Shown: positions 18,634 to 27,892 of the stretch, in pieces | Numbering within the stretch: the stretch's first letter is position 1 | Layout: every line of letters begins with the position of its first letter | NCBI GenBank assembly: GCA_049521775.1 | Contig: JBEKOL010000002.1 | Location: forward strand, 63,942 to 127,941 | DNA length: 64,000 nucleotides | Source of the DNA: Syntrophales bacterium | GTDB lineage: Bacteria; Desulfobacterota; Syntrophia; Syntrophales; UBA2185 | Reading direction: 5' to 3' | Notes under the pieces: model-generated | The model's input: only the letters and a program-made list of their open reading frames with translations | The model's database searches: none | What the model was told of the DNA's origin: nothing | Made by a program: the position numbers and the translations under genes

Positions 18634-19548
18634 ATGGGGAAAAACAGAAAGATCCGCAGAGTTATTAAGAGCAAGCCGACCATCGAAGGAGCCGGCGTCC
18701 ACCTGAAACGCGCCTTCGGCTTCAGTGAGACGCCACAGTTCGATCCGTTTCTGCTCCTCGATGATTTTCGCTCAGACGATCCCAGATATTACGTTAAAGG
18801 TTTTCCCTGGCATCCGCATCGCGGAATCGAGACCATCACTTATGTCCTTCGCGGAGATATGGAACACGGCGACAGCATGGGGAATAAAGGCGTCATTGCA
18901 TCCGGAGACGTCCAGTGGATGACAGCGGGCAGCGGCATCATCCATCAAGAGATGCCCAAAGGCGATGAGAAGGGGGTGATGTGGGGTTTCCAGCTATGGG
19001 CCAATCTCCCGGCCTCGCAAAAGATGATGGAGCCGCGGTATCGAGACGTGAAGGATAACCAGATACCCGAAGTCTCTGCCGGTAAGGGCGTTAAAATAAG
19101 GATCATCTGCGGAGAAGTCAAAGGGACAAGAGGTCCCGTCCGGGACATCGTGGTTGATCCGGAATACCTTGATTGCACTGTTTCCGCAGGAGCGGAGTTC
19201 ATTCACGCAACCAAGCCGGGGCACAAAGTCTTCGCATATATCATCGGAGGGAAGGCTTCTTTCTGTGAGGAGAAGAACCCTTTTAGCTATGAGATGGAAG
19301 GAGCAAACTATTTCGACTTCCGGAGGGATGCCTTTGTATATAATGAAGGCATTGTACTCTTCGACGACGGGGAACAGATAGTCGTCTCTACGGAAGATGA
19401 GCCTGTCCGCTTTCTTCTGATTTCGGGAAAACCGTTGGGGGAACCTGTCGCGTGGTACGGCCCCATAGTCATGAATACGCAGAAAGAATTGCAGATCGCC
19501 TTTGAAGAGTATCGGAGCGGCGGATTCATCAAACATAAGAGTGCATGA
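18634..19548 (+). CDS. pirin family protein
   Basis: The metal-binding cupin motif HPHRGIETITYVLRGDMEHGDS, and a bicupin length of 304 aa. Confidence 0.9.
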   Translation: MGKNRKIRRVIKSKPTIEGAGVHLKRAFGFSETPQFDPFLLLDDFRSDDPRYYVKGFPWHPHRGIETITYVLRGDMEHGDSMGNKGVIASGDVQWMTAGSGIIHQEMPKGDEKGVMWGFQLWANLPASQKMMEPRYRDVKDNQIPEVSAGKGVKIRIICGEVKGTRGPVRDIVVDPEYLDCTVSAGAEFIHATKPGHKVFAYIIGGKASFCEEKNPFSYEMEGANYFDFRRDAFVYNEGIVLFDDGEQIVVSTEDEPVRFLLISGKPLGEPVAWYGPIVMNTQKELQIAFEEYRSGGFIKHKSA

Positions 19549-19617
19549 GTCATTATATGGACTCAAGGACATGGCATTCCATTCATTACGACAGGACTGA
19601 GAAGGAGGTGCAAGACG

Positions 19618-20688
19618 ATGCCGAGAGTCATGATCCACCCTGCTAACTATGAGGATGTCCGAGAAGCCGTGGACCGGTCGTTTGAACTCTTCCCTCTAAA
19701 ATTGATGGGGAAGCGTGTCTTGATAAAACCCAACGTGCTTCGGGCGTCGGAGGCAAGAGAAGGAATTGTAACGAATCCTGCGGTGCTTCGTGCGGTCGTG
19801 GACAAGGTGGAAGCCATGAAGCCGGCCGCAATCGTCGTGGGCGACAATCCCGGTCTCTTCGACTACGGAGCAAACGAGACAAGCTTCAGGAAGACTGGTC
19901 TCATGGAAGCGGCCAGAGGCTACTATCAGAACATCGGCGGAGATTCACAAAAGGTTGATTTCAATCCTGCATTCATGCCCGCCGTCAACGTCTCCAGGGC
20001 TGTCCTCGATGCCGATATCATCATAAGCCTGCCGAAATTCAAAACCCACGGTCTGACGGTTATTACGGGGGCGATCAAAAACAGTTACGGCATCCTTCCC
20101 GGCGCCCAGAAGGCACAGCTCCACAAGGCGGCGGGTAACGCCGAACGTTTCCAGGAAATGCTGGTGGATGTATTTCGTCTCCGCATACCTGACTTCTTTA
20201 TAATGGACGCCGTGGTCGGCATGGAGGGGAACGGCCCGGCATCTGCTGACCTAAGGGACATAGGCATGATCATGGCGTCTGACAATGCCGTGGCCATGGA
20301 CTCTATCGTGGCGGTGATGATGGGATGTGAACCGGGACGTCTGCGATTCCTTCAGAAGGCGAAGGAGGTCGGTCTGGGGGATTATGACCCGAAGAAAATT
20401 GAAGTCATTGGTAAGCTGAAACCAATACCAGATTTCAAGCTTCCTCCGTTCGGCGGCCAGGTGATGCTCCAGAATGACGCGATACAGACGCTGATCAAGA
20501 ACAGGACACTGATGCGACCGCAGGCAGACCGTAACCTGTGCACGGGCTGCGGCACCTGCATCGATCAATGTACTGTATCTGCCCTGTCCATGGGCGACGA
20601 CAACCTGCCCATCGTGGATGCCGATACCTGTATCAGCTGTTTCTGCTGCCAGGAGCTCTGTCCTGAGAAGGCGATTGCCCTAAGATAG
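19618..20688 (+). CDS. DUF362 domain protein with C-terminal 2x[4Fe-4S] ferredoxin domain
   Basis: A DUF362-like core (KPNVL..., GNGP) and a C-terminal CTGCGTCIDQC...CISCFCCQELCP. AAGGAGG RBS. Confidence 0.75.
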   Translation: MPRVMIHPANYEDVREAVDRSFELFPLKLMGKRVLIKPNVLRASEAREGIVTNPAVLRAVVDKVEAMKPAAIVVGDNPGLFDYGANETSFRKTGLMEAARGYYQNIGGDSQKVDFNPAFMPAVNVSRAVLDADIIISLPKFKTHGLTVITGAIKNSYGILPGAQKAQLHKAAGNAERFQEMLVDVFRLRIPDFFIMDAVVGMEGNGPASADLRDIGMIMASDNAVAMDSIVAVMMGCEPGRLRFLQKAKEVGLGDYDPKKIEVIGKLKPIPDFKLPPFGGQVMLQNDAIQTLIKNRTLMRPQADRNLCTGCGTCIDQCTVSALSMGDDNLPIVDADTCISCFCCQELCPEKAIALR

Positions 20689-20749
20689 ATCCCGATTTCC
20701 CGGCATCAGCCGCCTACAGTAGAGATTGAACCAATCAGGAGGTGGAGTC

Positions 20750-21322
20750 ATGGAAAAGATTAAGCTCGACAGGAATTCCTTCCTATATCCCATGCCGATG
20801 GTTCTCGTCGGCGCGGTTGTCGCCGGACGAGCCAATTTCATGGCCGTGGGCTGGGTGTCTCGGGTGAATTTCAATCCTCCCCTGATGGCAGTGGCCCTCG
20901 GGAAATCTCATTACACAAACGCAGGCATTCACAAGAACAAGGCCTTCAGCGTGAATGTTCCGGGCATCGACCTCCTGGAGAAGGTTGATTACTGCGGAAT
21001 CGTATCGGGTGAGAAGACCGACAAATCGAAGATGTTCGATGTTTTTTACGGTGAACTTCCCGGCGCCCCCATGATCAGGGAGTGTCCGCTCTCCCTCGAA
21101 TGCAGGCTCGTCAATACTATGGATCTGCCGACAAACCGCCTCTTCATCGGTGAGATCGTGGGGGCATACACTGAGGAGCGTTATCTGACGGAGGGCAAGC
21201 CTGACATCAAGAAAATCAGTCCCTTCACATTGACCATGCCCGACAACAACTACTGGAAGATTGGCGAAAACGCGGGCAAGGCGTGGAGTGCTGGGAAAGA
21301 CTTCGGAAAGGGAACTTCATAG
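20750..21322 (+). CDS. flavin reductase-like FMN-binding protein
   Basis: Flavin_Reduct-type split-barrel pattern (PMPMVLVGAVV...NFMAVGW). The ATG at 20750 follows AGGAGG. Confidence 0.7.
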   Translation: MEKIKLDRNSFLYPMPMVLVGAVVAGRANFMAVGWVSRVNFNPPLMAVALGKSHYTNAGIHKNKAFSVNVPGIDLLEKVDYCGIVSGEKTDKSKMFDVFYGELPGAPMIRECPLSLECRLVNTMDLPTNRLFIGEIVGAYTEERYLTEGKPDIKKISPFTLTMPDNNYWKIGENAGKAWSAGKDFGKGTS

Positions 21323-21372
21323 TATAGGGAATAGGGTACAGGGCAGAAGGCAGAACAGTTGAAGGCTTCGGC

Positions 21373-22059
21373 TTATCGGTAGAAGCGGACGAGGCTTTCC
21401 GGTTTGACGCCGCACAGGTAAAGGGAAAGAAGAATCCAGTTCCTGACGGTCGTGTATACGATGCCCTCTTTCTCCCACCGCCGTGGGGAAGTCCTGACGG
21501 CCTTTCTCAGGATGCATATCTTTCCCTTCCGTTTCTTGATCCGCTGCATGATCTCCACATCTTCCATGATGGGGATATCCCTGAAGCCACCCAGGTCCTG
21601 GAAATTTCTCTTCCTCATGAAGATTGCCTGATCCCCATACGGTATCCTCGTCAGGCGTGACCGGATGGATGCCGCCTTCTCAATCAATCTGAATACGGGC
21701 CACTCTGAATCGATTGCTAAATCGAATGCCCCGGCAACACAGGAGCTATCATCCATTGCCGTTTGTATGAGCTCCAGGGCATCAGGGGGAAGGAGGGTAT
21801 CGGCATGCAGAAAAATCAGGATCTCACCGTCAGCAAGGGCCGCCCCGAGATTTATCTGCTTCCCACGCCCCTTTCCCGAGATTGCAGTTTTCACACCCGT
21901 ATGACGGACAACCTTGATCGTTATTCCCGCCGGGTCTCCATCTACAACAATTATTTCCGCGTTGCCTGAAACGCCGAGAGTCCGGATATGCTCTATCGTG
22001 CGGCAGATGATCGCTTCTTCGTTCCAGACGGGGATGATGAAAGAAAATTTCGGCATCAT
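21373..22059 (-). CDS. family-2 glycosyltransferase-like protein (TIGR04283-like, 'rSAM/selenodomain-associated transferase 2')
   Basis: FSFIIPVWNEE, EIIVVDG, LIFLHADTLLP, IPYGDQAIF, IMEDVEIMQR and TSPRRW, in the order typical of this GT2 subfamily. Subfamily assignment is from memory. Confidence 0.75.
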   Translation of the reverse strand: MMPKFSFIIPVWNEEAIICRTIEHIRTLGVSGNAEIIVVDGDPAGITIKVVRHTGVKTAISGKGRGKQINLGAALADGEILIFLHADTLLPPDALELIQTAMDDSSCVAGAFDLAIDSEWPVFRLIEKAASIRSRLTRIPYGDQAIFMRKRNFQDLGGFRDIPIMEDVEIMQRIKKRKGKICILRKAVRTSPRRWEKEGIVYTTVRNWILLSLYLCGVKPESLVRFYR

Positions 22060-22065
22060 GAGATA

Positions 22066-22746
22066 TTATGCAAGGCCTATAGCCTTGAGATACAGCATAG
22101 TCTTAGAGTTTGTAAATCCTGTGTACTTACTGTTCTTGATGAGGGCCGCTATGTCTTCGTATTTGTCTATGTCCCACCATACGGGTAGCACATGCACCAG
22201 GGCGCCAGCCATTTGGAAAATATTCATTGTATCGTGGAAAACCGTCTCCGCACCCCAAGGAAGCCCCATAAAGGCATCTCCGCAAAAAGAGTCCTCCTTG
22301 AATCCGAGCAGATAATAGCCACCATCGACAGCAGGGCCGATTACAGCATCATATTTGTCGAGGGCGCGAAAGGCCTCGTCGACGATCCGTGCCGGTAAAT
22401 CGGGGACATCGCTCCCAATTAAAACAACGGATCGAGCCCCTTCGGAGAAGCACTGCAAAAAGGAGAGTCTCATTCTCTCACCGAGATCCTCTCCCGTCTG
22501 CGGGATGTAAGAAAATTCCTCGCCCAGCATTTCTCTCATTTCGCGTCCTTTCTCAGCGGGATAGAATGCTATGTGGAACCTGTAAGATTCTCTGGAAAAC
22601 TTCTCCAATAAATCTTCCACAAAACAGCGGTAGAGATTTGCCGCCGCCTCCTCACCAAGGTCTTTTGCAAGCCGCGATTTTACCTGACCATGTTCCGGGA
22701 ATCTGACAAACATGACGAGGCATCTGTCTTCTGCTCTCACACTCAT
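22066..22746 (-). CDS. DUF2064 protein (TIGR04282-like, 'rSAM/selenodomain-associated transferase 1', CofC/MobA-like fold)
   Basis: The MFVRFPEHGQVKSRLAKDLGEEAAANLYRCFVEDLL N-terminus is typical of DUF2064. The ATG at 22746 overlaps the upstream gene's TGA (ATGA); the ORF-track start at 22821 is less likely. Confidence 0.75.
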   Translation of the reverse strand: MSVRAEDRCLVMFVRFPEHGQVKSRLAKDLGEEAAANLYRCFVEDLLEKFSRESYRFHIAFYPAEKGREMREMLGEEFSYIPQTGEDLGERMRLSFLQCFSEGARSVVLIGSDVPDLPARIVDEAFRALDKYDAVIGPAVDGGYYLLGFKEDSFCGDAFMGLPWGAETVFHDTMNIFQMAGALVHVLPVWWDIDKYEDIAALIKNSKYTGFTNSKTMLYLKAIGLA

Positions 22747-23609
22747 GAATTTTTCTCTTGCCTCACAGGGTTGATGAGATTCCTTATCTTCTTTCTTGAG
22801 AACGGCAAGATGAGGAGCCACAGAAGCGTGAGCTTCTTTTCATCCCTGAAATAACCGAGACCGATCGTCATCCCTTCATGCCCTGCCGATGGCTGGTCCT
22901 GATAGGTGCCCATAATGTGGTCCCACCAGGACAGGTTGAATCCGAAGTTGGTATTCGTTTCACGCATAATGACGGAGTGATGCACGCGGTGCATATCAGG
23001 GGTCACAAAAAATACCCTGAGCGCCTTATCCACGGCGCCGGGAATGTAGACATTGCTGTGAGTGAAAATAGAGCCGCCGTTCAGGGCCACTTCGAATATT
23101 AAGACCGCAAGAGGAGGCGCTCCCAATATGACGATGGCGGCCATTTTGATGAACATGGAGAGAACTAATTCCACGGGATGGAAACGCACCCCCGTCGTCA
23201 TGTCAATGTCCAGGTCTGTATGGTGTACCATGTGCAGGCGCCAGCACAAGGGCACAGTGTGAAATGCGACGTGTTGAAGATAGATAACGAAATCGAGGCA
23301 GACGGCGCCGATAATGATCGCGGACCATGGGGGCAGGTGATAGAGATTGATGAGCCCCCAACACTTCTCCCCGGCAAGAATGGCCACCGTTATCGGGATG
23401 ACCGGGAAGATGCCCCTGATCACGACGGTGTTTAGAATATGGATGGAAAGATTACTGAACCACCGAAGCATCTTCGACGTAATCAGCTTGCGGCGCGGCG
23501 AGAGAAGCTCAAAGACGAACATGAAGATGAAAATAGCCGCAAAAGATACGACCCTAACGGGGATTTCATAACTGAATGCGTCTATGGATAAACTCTCTGT
23601 GGGTAGCAA
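22743..23609 (-). CDS. fatty acid hydroxylase / sterol desaturase superfamily membrane di-iron enzyme
   Basis: His boxes HVAFH, HMVHHTD and HRVHHS in a 4-5 TM protein. TTG start as in the ORF track. Confidence 0.8.
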   Translation of the reverse strand: MLPTESLSIDAFSYEIPVRVVSFAAIFIFMFVFELLSPRRKLITSKMLRWFSNLSIHILNTVVIRGIFPVIPITVAILAGEKCWGLINLYHLPPWSAIIIGAVCLDFVIYLQHVAFHTVPLCWRLHMVHHTDLDIDMTTGVRFHPVELVLSMFIKMAAIVILGAPPLAVLIFEVALNGGSIFTHSNVYIPGAVDKALRVFFVTPDMHRVHHSVIMRETNTNFGFNLSWWDHIMGTYQDQPSAGHEGMTIGLGYFRDEKKLTLLWLLILPFSRKKIRNLINPVRQEKNS

Positions 23610-23776
23610 GTGCTTACTCCATCAAATATAACGGTATTTAGAGCCCGCTTCGGATATCTTAATTGAAAAAAAATAATAATAAAACAGAAAAAAATATATC
23701 AACTCCGATAGGCCGGTATGCCTCTTATGAGCGGAATACAGTTGCTTGCTCCAGATGAGTCGCTGGTGGTGGCATG

Positions 23777-23810
23777 AAAGTGGATGCTGCTACAAGCATC
23801 CACTTTTGCC
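23777..23810. terminator. orphan (possibly bidirectional) intrinsic terminator-like hairpin
   Basis: AAAGTGGATGCT (23777-23788) pairs perfectly with AGCATCCACTTT (23795-23806) around a 6-nt loop. There is an A-tract 5' and TTTT 3'. It lies between two divergently transcribed genes. Confidence 0.5.
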
Positions 23811-23948
23811 GGCCTTATTATAGAGATTCTGGTGTGACCGGCATTAAATACGCCCATGTCACGAAGACTGATTGTTATAATATTTATGTCGTGATATAAT
23901 TTTAACTAGTTGGCAAAGTTGCAGCAATAGGACGCTGAGGAATACACG

Positions 23949-25955
23949 ATGAAATTTGTCGACAGGCTAATGAGTCAACTCTTCAAGTTGGATCTGCGCC
24001 GCCGCCTGATAGTGGGATTCCTGATTGCCACATGTCTCACCGGGTTCATAGCCACCGTCATCGGCATATGGACGATTAATAAGAGTACAATAGACGAAGT
24101 ACAAAACCGGGTCAGACAGGATATCAATACGGCAAAACTAATCTATAGAGAAACTCTGGAAAAGATAACTTCCCAGATTCAATTTACGGCAGAAGCAGTG
24201 GACCTGCACATAGCGATAGCCAACCATGACATATCTAAAATGGAGAACTTGAGGGGCCTAATCCGGCATCGGCGCGGTACTCAGGCAGAAGACGGCGATG
24301 TGTTCCTTGATATGCTCTTAGTGGTCGACGCCAAAGGGCGTGTCCTCTACAGGGCGGCGAACGCGAAAATCAGGGGGGACAGCATGCTCTGGACATCGGT
24401 CGTGAAAAACTGCATAGAAAAGAAGTCCACACAGGCATCTACTGAACTCATGCCCATTGATGACATTCTCAGGGAGAATCCCGATCTTGCCGGGCTGGTC
24501 AAGATAGAAATCATAAAAACTCCTCTCTCCTTCGAATCGAGTGAGAAGCAACTCTCCCAAGGCATGGTAATGATGGCAGCATATCCAATCCTTGATGAGA
24601 GAAAGCGATTAATCGGCGCCGTAGTCGGAGGGGTTCTCCTTAACAGAGACTATGCCATCGTGGATAAAATAAAGGAAACCGTATACCAGGGCGAAAAGTA
24701 TAAGGGCCGTGAAATGGGTGTGGCAACCATATTTCAGGGCGGTGTGAGAATAGCCACCAATGTCATGACGAAAGACGGCGAGAGGGCTGTCGGCACTATG
24801 TTGTCCAAGGAAGTCTATGACAGGGTTATAGTGGAAGGAAAAGACTGGGTCGGCAGGGCCTTCGTGGTAAATGACTGGTACATAACCACCTATACCCCCA
24901 TCTACGATATAAGCAGGAAGCTCATAGGGGCGCTCTATGTGGGCATTCTGGAGGCAAAGTACAGAGACATAAAATGGAATACCATATGGATCAACCTGGG
25001 CATTACATCTCTCGGCATGATCATCGCCTTTATTATCTCATTTAGACTGGGGGACACCATAATAAAGCGCATACGCATGCTGAAGGAGGCCGCAGAGTCT
25101 ATAGCCGCCGGCAATCTCGATTATAAATTATCGCCCGATAAAATATCCGGATTTGATATGCTGGATGAGGCCTTCAATTATATGTCGAAATCCCTGAAGA
25201 ACCACAATGAAATGCTCCACAGGGCTCACCAGCAACTGGCCAGAACGGAGAAGCTAACGGCATTGGGTGAAATGGCGGCGGGTGTGGCCCATGAGATAAA
25301 CAACCCGCTGGGGGGCATACTCCTTTACAGCAACCTTGTTCTCGAAGATATCCCTGAAAATTCTCCTGCAAGGGAAAATATGCAGAAGATAATCTACCAG
25401 ACAAACAGGTCAAAGAGGATCGTCCAGAGCCTGCTTGACTTCGCCAGGACGCCGACGGGCGAGATGCTGCCTTTGAATATAAACGGCGTCATTGAGAGTT
25501 CCCTCAGTCTGGTAAAGGACCAGGCAATGTTCCACGGTATAGAAATAAACACCCGTCTTGCAGAAGACCTTCCTGAAGTGATCGGTGACAAGTCCAGGCT
25601 GGAAGACGTATTTCTGAATCTGTTCATCAATGCCGCCGATGCCATGAAAGGCGGCGGAACGTTAACGATTACCACCATGCAGGGTGCCGATAATTCAGTG
25701 AAGATCCTGATCTCAGACACCGGCAAAGGAATAGAAGAAAAAGATTTGCCTCATATATTCGAGCCTTTCTTTACAACAAAAGAACCCGGCCAAGGGACCG
25801 GCCTCGGACTTCCCATAGTTTACGGTATCATCAGGAAGCATAATGGCTTTATCGATGCGGAAAGCAGGTCCGGAAAGGGAGCGACTTTCACTATCTCCCT
25901 TCCCGCACATTTGGGCAGATACAGCGGCATGGACGAAGACGTGTTTTACAGTTAA
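23949..25955 (+). CDS. sensor histidine kinase with large periplasmic Cache-like domain, HAMP, HisKA and HATPase_c
   Basis: An N-terminal TM helix, a ~300-aa extracytoplasmic region, a second TM helix followed by HAMP, an H-box EMAAGVAHEINNPL, and N/G boxes (NLFINAADAM, DTGKGI, GTGLGL). Confidence 0.9.
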   Translation: MKFVDRLMSQLFKLDLRRRLIVGFLIATCLTGFIATVIGIWTINKSTIDEVQNRVRQDINTAKLIYRETLEKITSQIQFTAEAVDLHIAIANHDISKMENLRGLIRHRRGTQAEDGDVFLDMLLVVDAKGRVLYRAANAKIRGDSMLWTSVVKNCIEKKSTQASTELMPIDDILRENPDLAGLVKIEIIKTPLSFESSEKQLSQGMVMMAAYPILDERKRLIGAVVGGVLLNRDYAIVDKIKETVYQGEKYKGREMGVATIFQGGVRIATNVMTKDGERAVGTMLSKEVYDRVIVEGKDWVGRAFVVNDWYITTYTPIYDISRKLIGALYVGILEAKYRDIKWNTIWINLGITSLGMIIAFIISFRLGDTIIKRIRMLKEAAESIAAGNLDYKLSPDKISGFDMLDEAFNYMSKSLKNHNEMLHRAHQQLARTEKLTALGEMAAGVAHEINNPLGGILLYSNLVLEDIPENSPARENMQKIIYQTNRSKRIVQSLLDFARTPTGEMLPLNINGVIESSLSLVKDQAMFHGIEINTRLAEDLPEVIGDKSRLEDVFLNLFINAADAMKGGGTLTITTMQGADNSVKILISDTGKGIEEKDLPHIFEPFFTTKEPGQGTGLGLPIVYGIIRKHNGFIDAESRSGKGATFTISLPAHLGRYSGMDEDVFYS

Positions 25956-25984
25956 TCTTATGAAATGAGAAGGGTGACTAAACA

Positions 25985-27328
25985 GTGACTTCGAAAGATA
26001 AAAAGATTCTGATTGTCGATGACGAGGAGTCCATGCGTGACGCATGCACACAAGTGCTGTCCCGCAAAGGGTACCAGGTAGAATGCACGGGAGACGCGCT
26101 TCGGGGGCTTGAGATGGCTCGAAAGGATATCTATGACGTGATCCTGTTGGATATCCGGATGCCCAAGATGGATGGATTAGAGATTCTCGTAAAGCTGAAA
26201 GTCGAAAGAAACATCTCTGCAAAAATCATTGTTATCACCGGCTATGCCAGCATCCCTATTGCCGTTGAGGCAATGAGGCAGGGCGCATTTAATTTCCTGA
26301 CGAAACCTTATTCCGCAGCCGATCTGAAAGGAGCGGTCGAGGATGCCCTCAAGCGGGACGAGAGCAACGCGGAAAAAGGACTTTCCCTGCTCAACGGCAC
26401 GAGCGACTATATGAAAGAGCTAAAGGAATCCATCAACCGGATAGCACAGACCGACAGCACCGTTCTGATTACGGGGGAGAGCGGGACAGGAAAAGAACTT
26501 GTGGCGCGCACCATCCACAATCTCAGCAGGAGGGCCAATCAACCATTCATCCCCGTAGACTGTTCCTCGCTGGTTGAGACCCTCATGGAAAGCGAACTGT
26601 TCGGACATGTCAAAGGGGCATTCAGCGGCGCGACGGAGTCGCGTGAGGGCCGTTTCCAGATGGCAGATAAGGGAACATTATTTCTTGACGAGATTTCCAA
26701 CATCAATCTCAACATTCAGGCCAAACTGCTTAGGGTAATCCAGGAACAGGAGGTACCCAAGGTTGGCAGATCATCGCCGGAACGGATAGATGTCAGGCTG
26801 ATTGCTGCAACGAATAGAGATATCCGCACAGAAATTGAAGCAGGAAGGTTCAGGGAGGATTTGTTCTACAGGCTTTCCGTTGTGCCTCTCCCCATAAAAC
26901 CATTGAGGGAACATAAAGCCGACATCCTGCCCATTGCTCAGCATTACCTTGATATATTCATAACGAAGTACGACAGCAAGGTGCGGTCATTTTCAGAAGA
27001 GGCAAAGAAGTCGCTCGTATCATACAGGTGGCCCGGCAATGTCAGGGAACTAAAGAACATCGTCGAGCGTCTATGCGTGCTGTGCGACCATGATGTCGTT
27101 AATCTATCTGATATATTTTATTATGGTCAGGACGATCAGGCAAAGGCCCCTGTGGTGGATTCTTCTACCGGCAGGATGACTCTAATAGATGTAGAAAAGG
27201 AACACATCGTAAAGGCTCTGAACCACTTTCACTTCCAGATCAATAAGACGGCAAAATTCCTCGGTATAGACAGGAAGACCCTCCGGATAAAGATGCGTAA
27301 TTATGGTATAAAGATGGAGCATCGTTAG
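25985..27328 (+). CDS. sigma-54-dependent response regulator (NtrC family: REC + AAA+ + Fis-type HTH)
   Basis: REC domain (ILIVDDE...LLDIRMP), Walker A GESGTGKE, the sigma-54 contact loop GAFSGA, and a C-terminal HTH ([19 protein letters not shown]). GTG start. Confidence 0.92.
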   Translation: MTSKDKKILIVDDEESMRDACTQVLSRKGYQVECTGDALRGLEMARKDIYDVILLDIRMPKMDGLEILVKLKVERNISAKIIVITGYASIPIAVEAMRQGAFNFLTKPYSAADLKGAVEDALKRDESNAEKGLSLLNGTSDYMKELKESINRIAQTDSTVLITGESGTGKELVARTIHNLSRRANQPFIPVDCSSLVETLMESELFGHVKGAFSGATESREGRFQMADKGTLFLDEISNINLNIQAKLLRVIQEQEVPKVGRSSPERIDVRLIAATNRDIRTEIEAGRFREDLFYRLSVVPLPIKPLREHKADILPIAQHYLDIFITKYDSKVRSFSEEAKKSLVSYRWPGNVRELKNIVERLCVLCDHDVVNLSDIFYYGQDDQAKAPVVDSSTGRMTLIDVEKEHIVKALNHFHFQINKTAKFLGIDRKTLRIKMRNYGIKMEHR

Positions 27329-27345
27329 AAAAAACGTTGCCGCAA

Positions 27346-27382
27346 GGGGGTTATCCGCCTCAGAGACGGGGAGTTTTACCCC
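27346..27382. promoter_or_regulatory. candidate upstream activator sites (G4...C4 boxes)
   Basis: GGGGGTTATCCGCC (27346-27359) and GGGGAGTTTTACCCC (27368-27382), starting about 22 bp apart and 65-100 bp upstream of the sigma-54 -24 element. They loosely resemble the palindromes at 39756-39793. Confidence 0.3.
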
Positions 27383-27445
27383 TCAAAGTTTCCCTTTTCC
27401 TACCACTCTCTATATTTTTTCTTTATAAATCAATAAGTTACAATC

Positions 27446-27461
27446 TGGCATCATCCTTGCT
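27446..27461 (+). promoter_or_regulatory. sigma-54 (-24/-12) promoter
   Basis: TGGCAT-CATCC-TTGCT with exact GG-N10-GC spacing. It lies 40 nt upstream of the ATG at 27501 and immediately downstream of the enhancer-binding-protein gene. Confidence 0.75.
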
Positions 27462-27500
27462 CATATTAATTATAAAAATCAAAAATGGAGGTAATGAACG

Positions 27501-27887
27501 ATGACAAAGAAAAAAATTCTCTTAATAGACGATGACAAAGATTTTCTATTCGCAACCAAACTAATTCTCGAAAAGGGCGGGTATGAGGTGTTCCTGGCAG
27601 AAGACGGCAAGAGCGGAGTTGAGATGTGGAAATCCGTGACCCCTGACCTTGCTATCATCGATATGATGATGGAGACATGGGGTGAAGGGTTCTCAGTATT
27701 GAAAAAAATCCGCGCCACAGACACCGGGAAGGATACGCCTCTTTTCATGTTGAGCGCCGTAGACTTGCAGGGTCCGTACCAGTCGTTTGAACCGCCGGCA
27801 GAATTTCCCAAGGTGAACAGGGTATTGCACAAACCGGTGAAGGCTGATGATCTCCTCGGATATATTGCCCAGGCGCTGGGAAAATAA
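27501..27887 (+). CDS. single-domain response regulator (CheY-like receiver)
   Basis: KILLIDDD...DLAIIDMMM...HKP, a standard REC layout of 128 aa. GGAGG RBS. Confidence 0.88.
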   Translation: MTKKKILLIDDDKDFLFATKLILEKGGYEVFLAEDGKSGVEMWKSVTPDLAIIDMMMETWGEGFSVLKKIRATDTGKDTPLFMLSAVDLQGPYQSFEPPAEFPKVNRVLHKPVKADDLLGYIAQALGK

Positions 27888-27892
27888 TCGGC

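Noticed and set aside
25713-26222. 169-aa minus-strand ORF across the HK/EBP gene junction
   Set aside because: It is antisense to two strongly supported genes and crosses their intergenic spacer.
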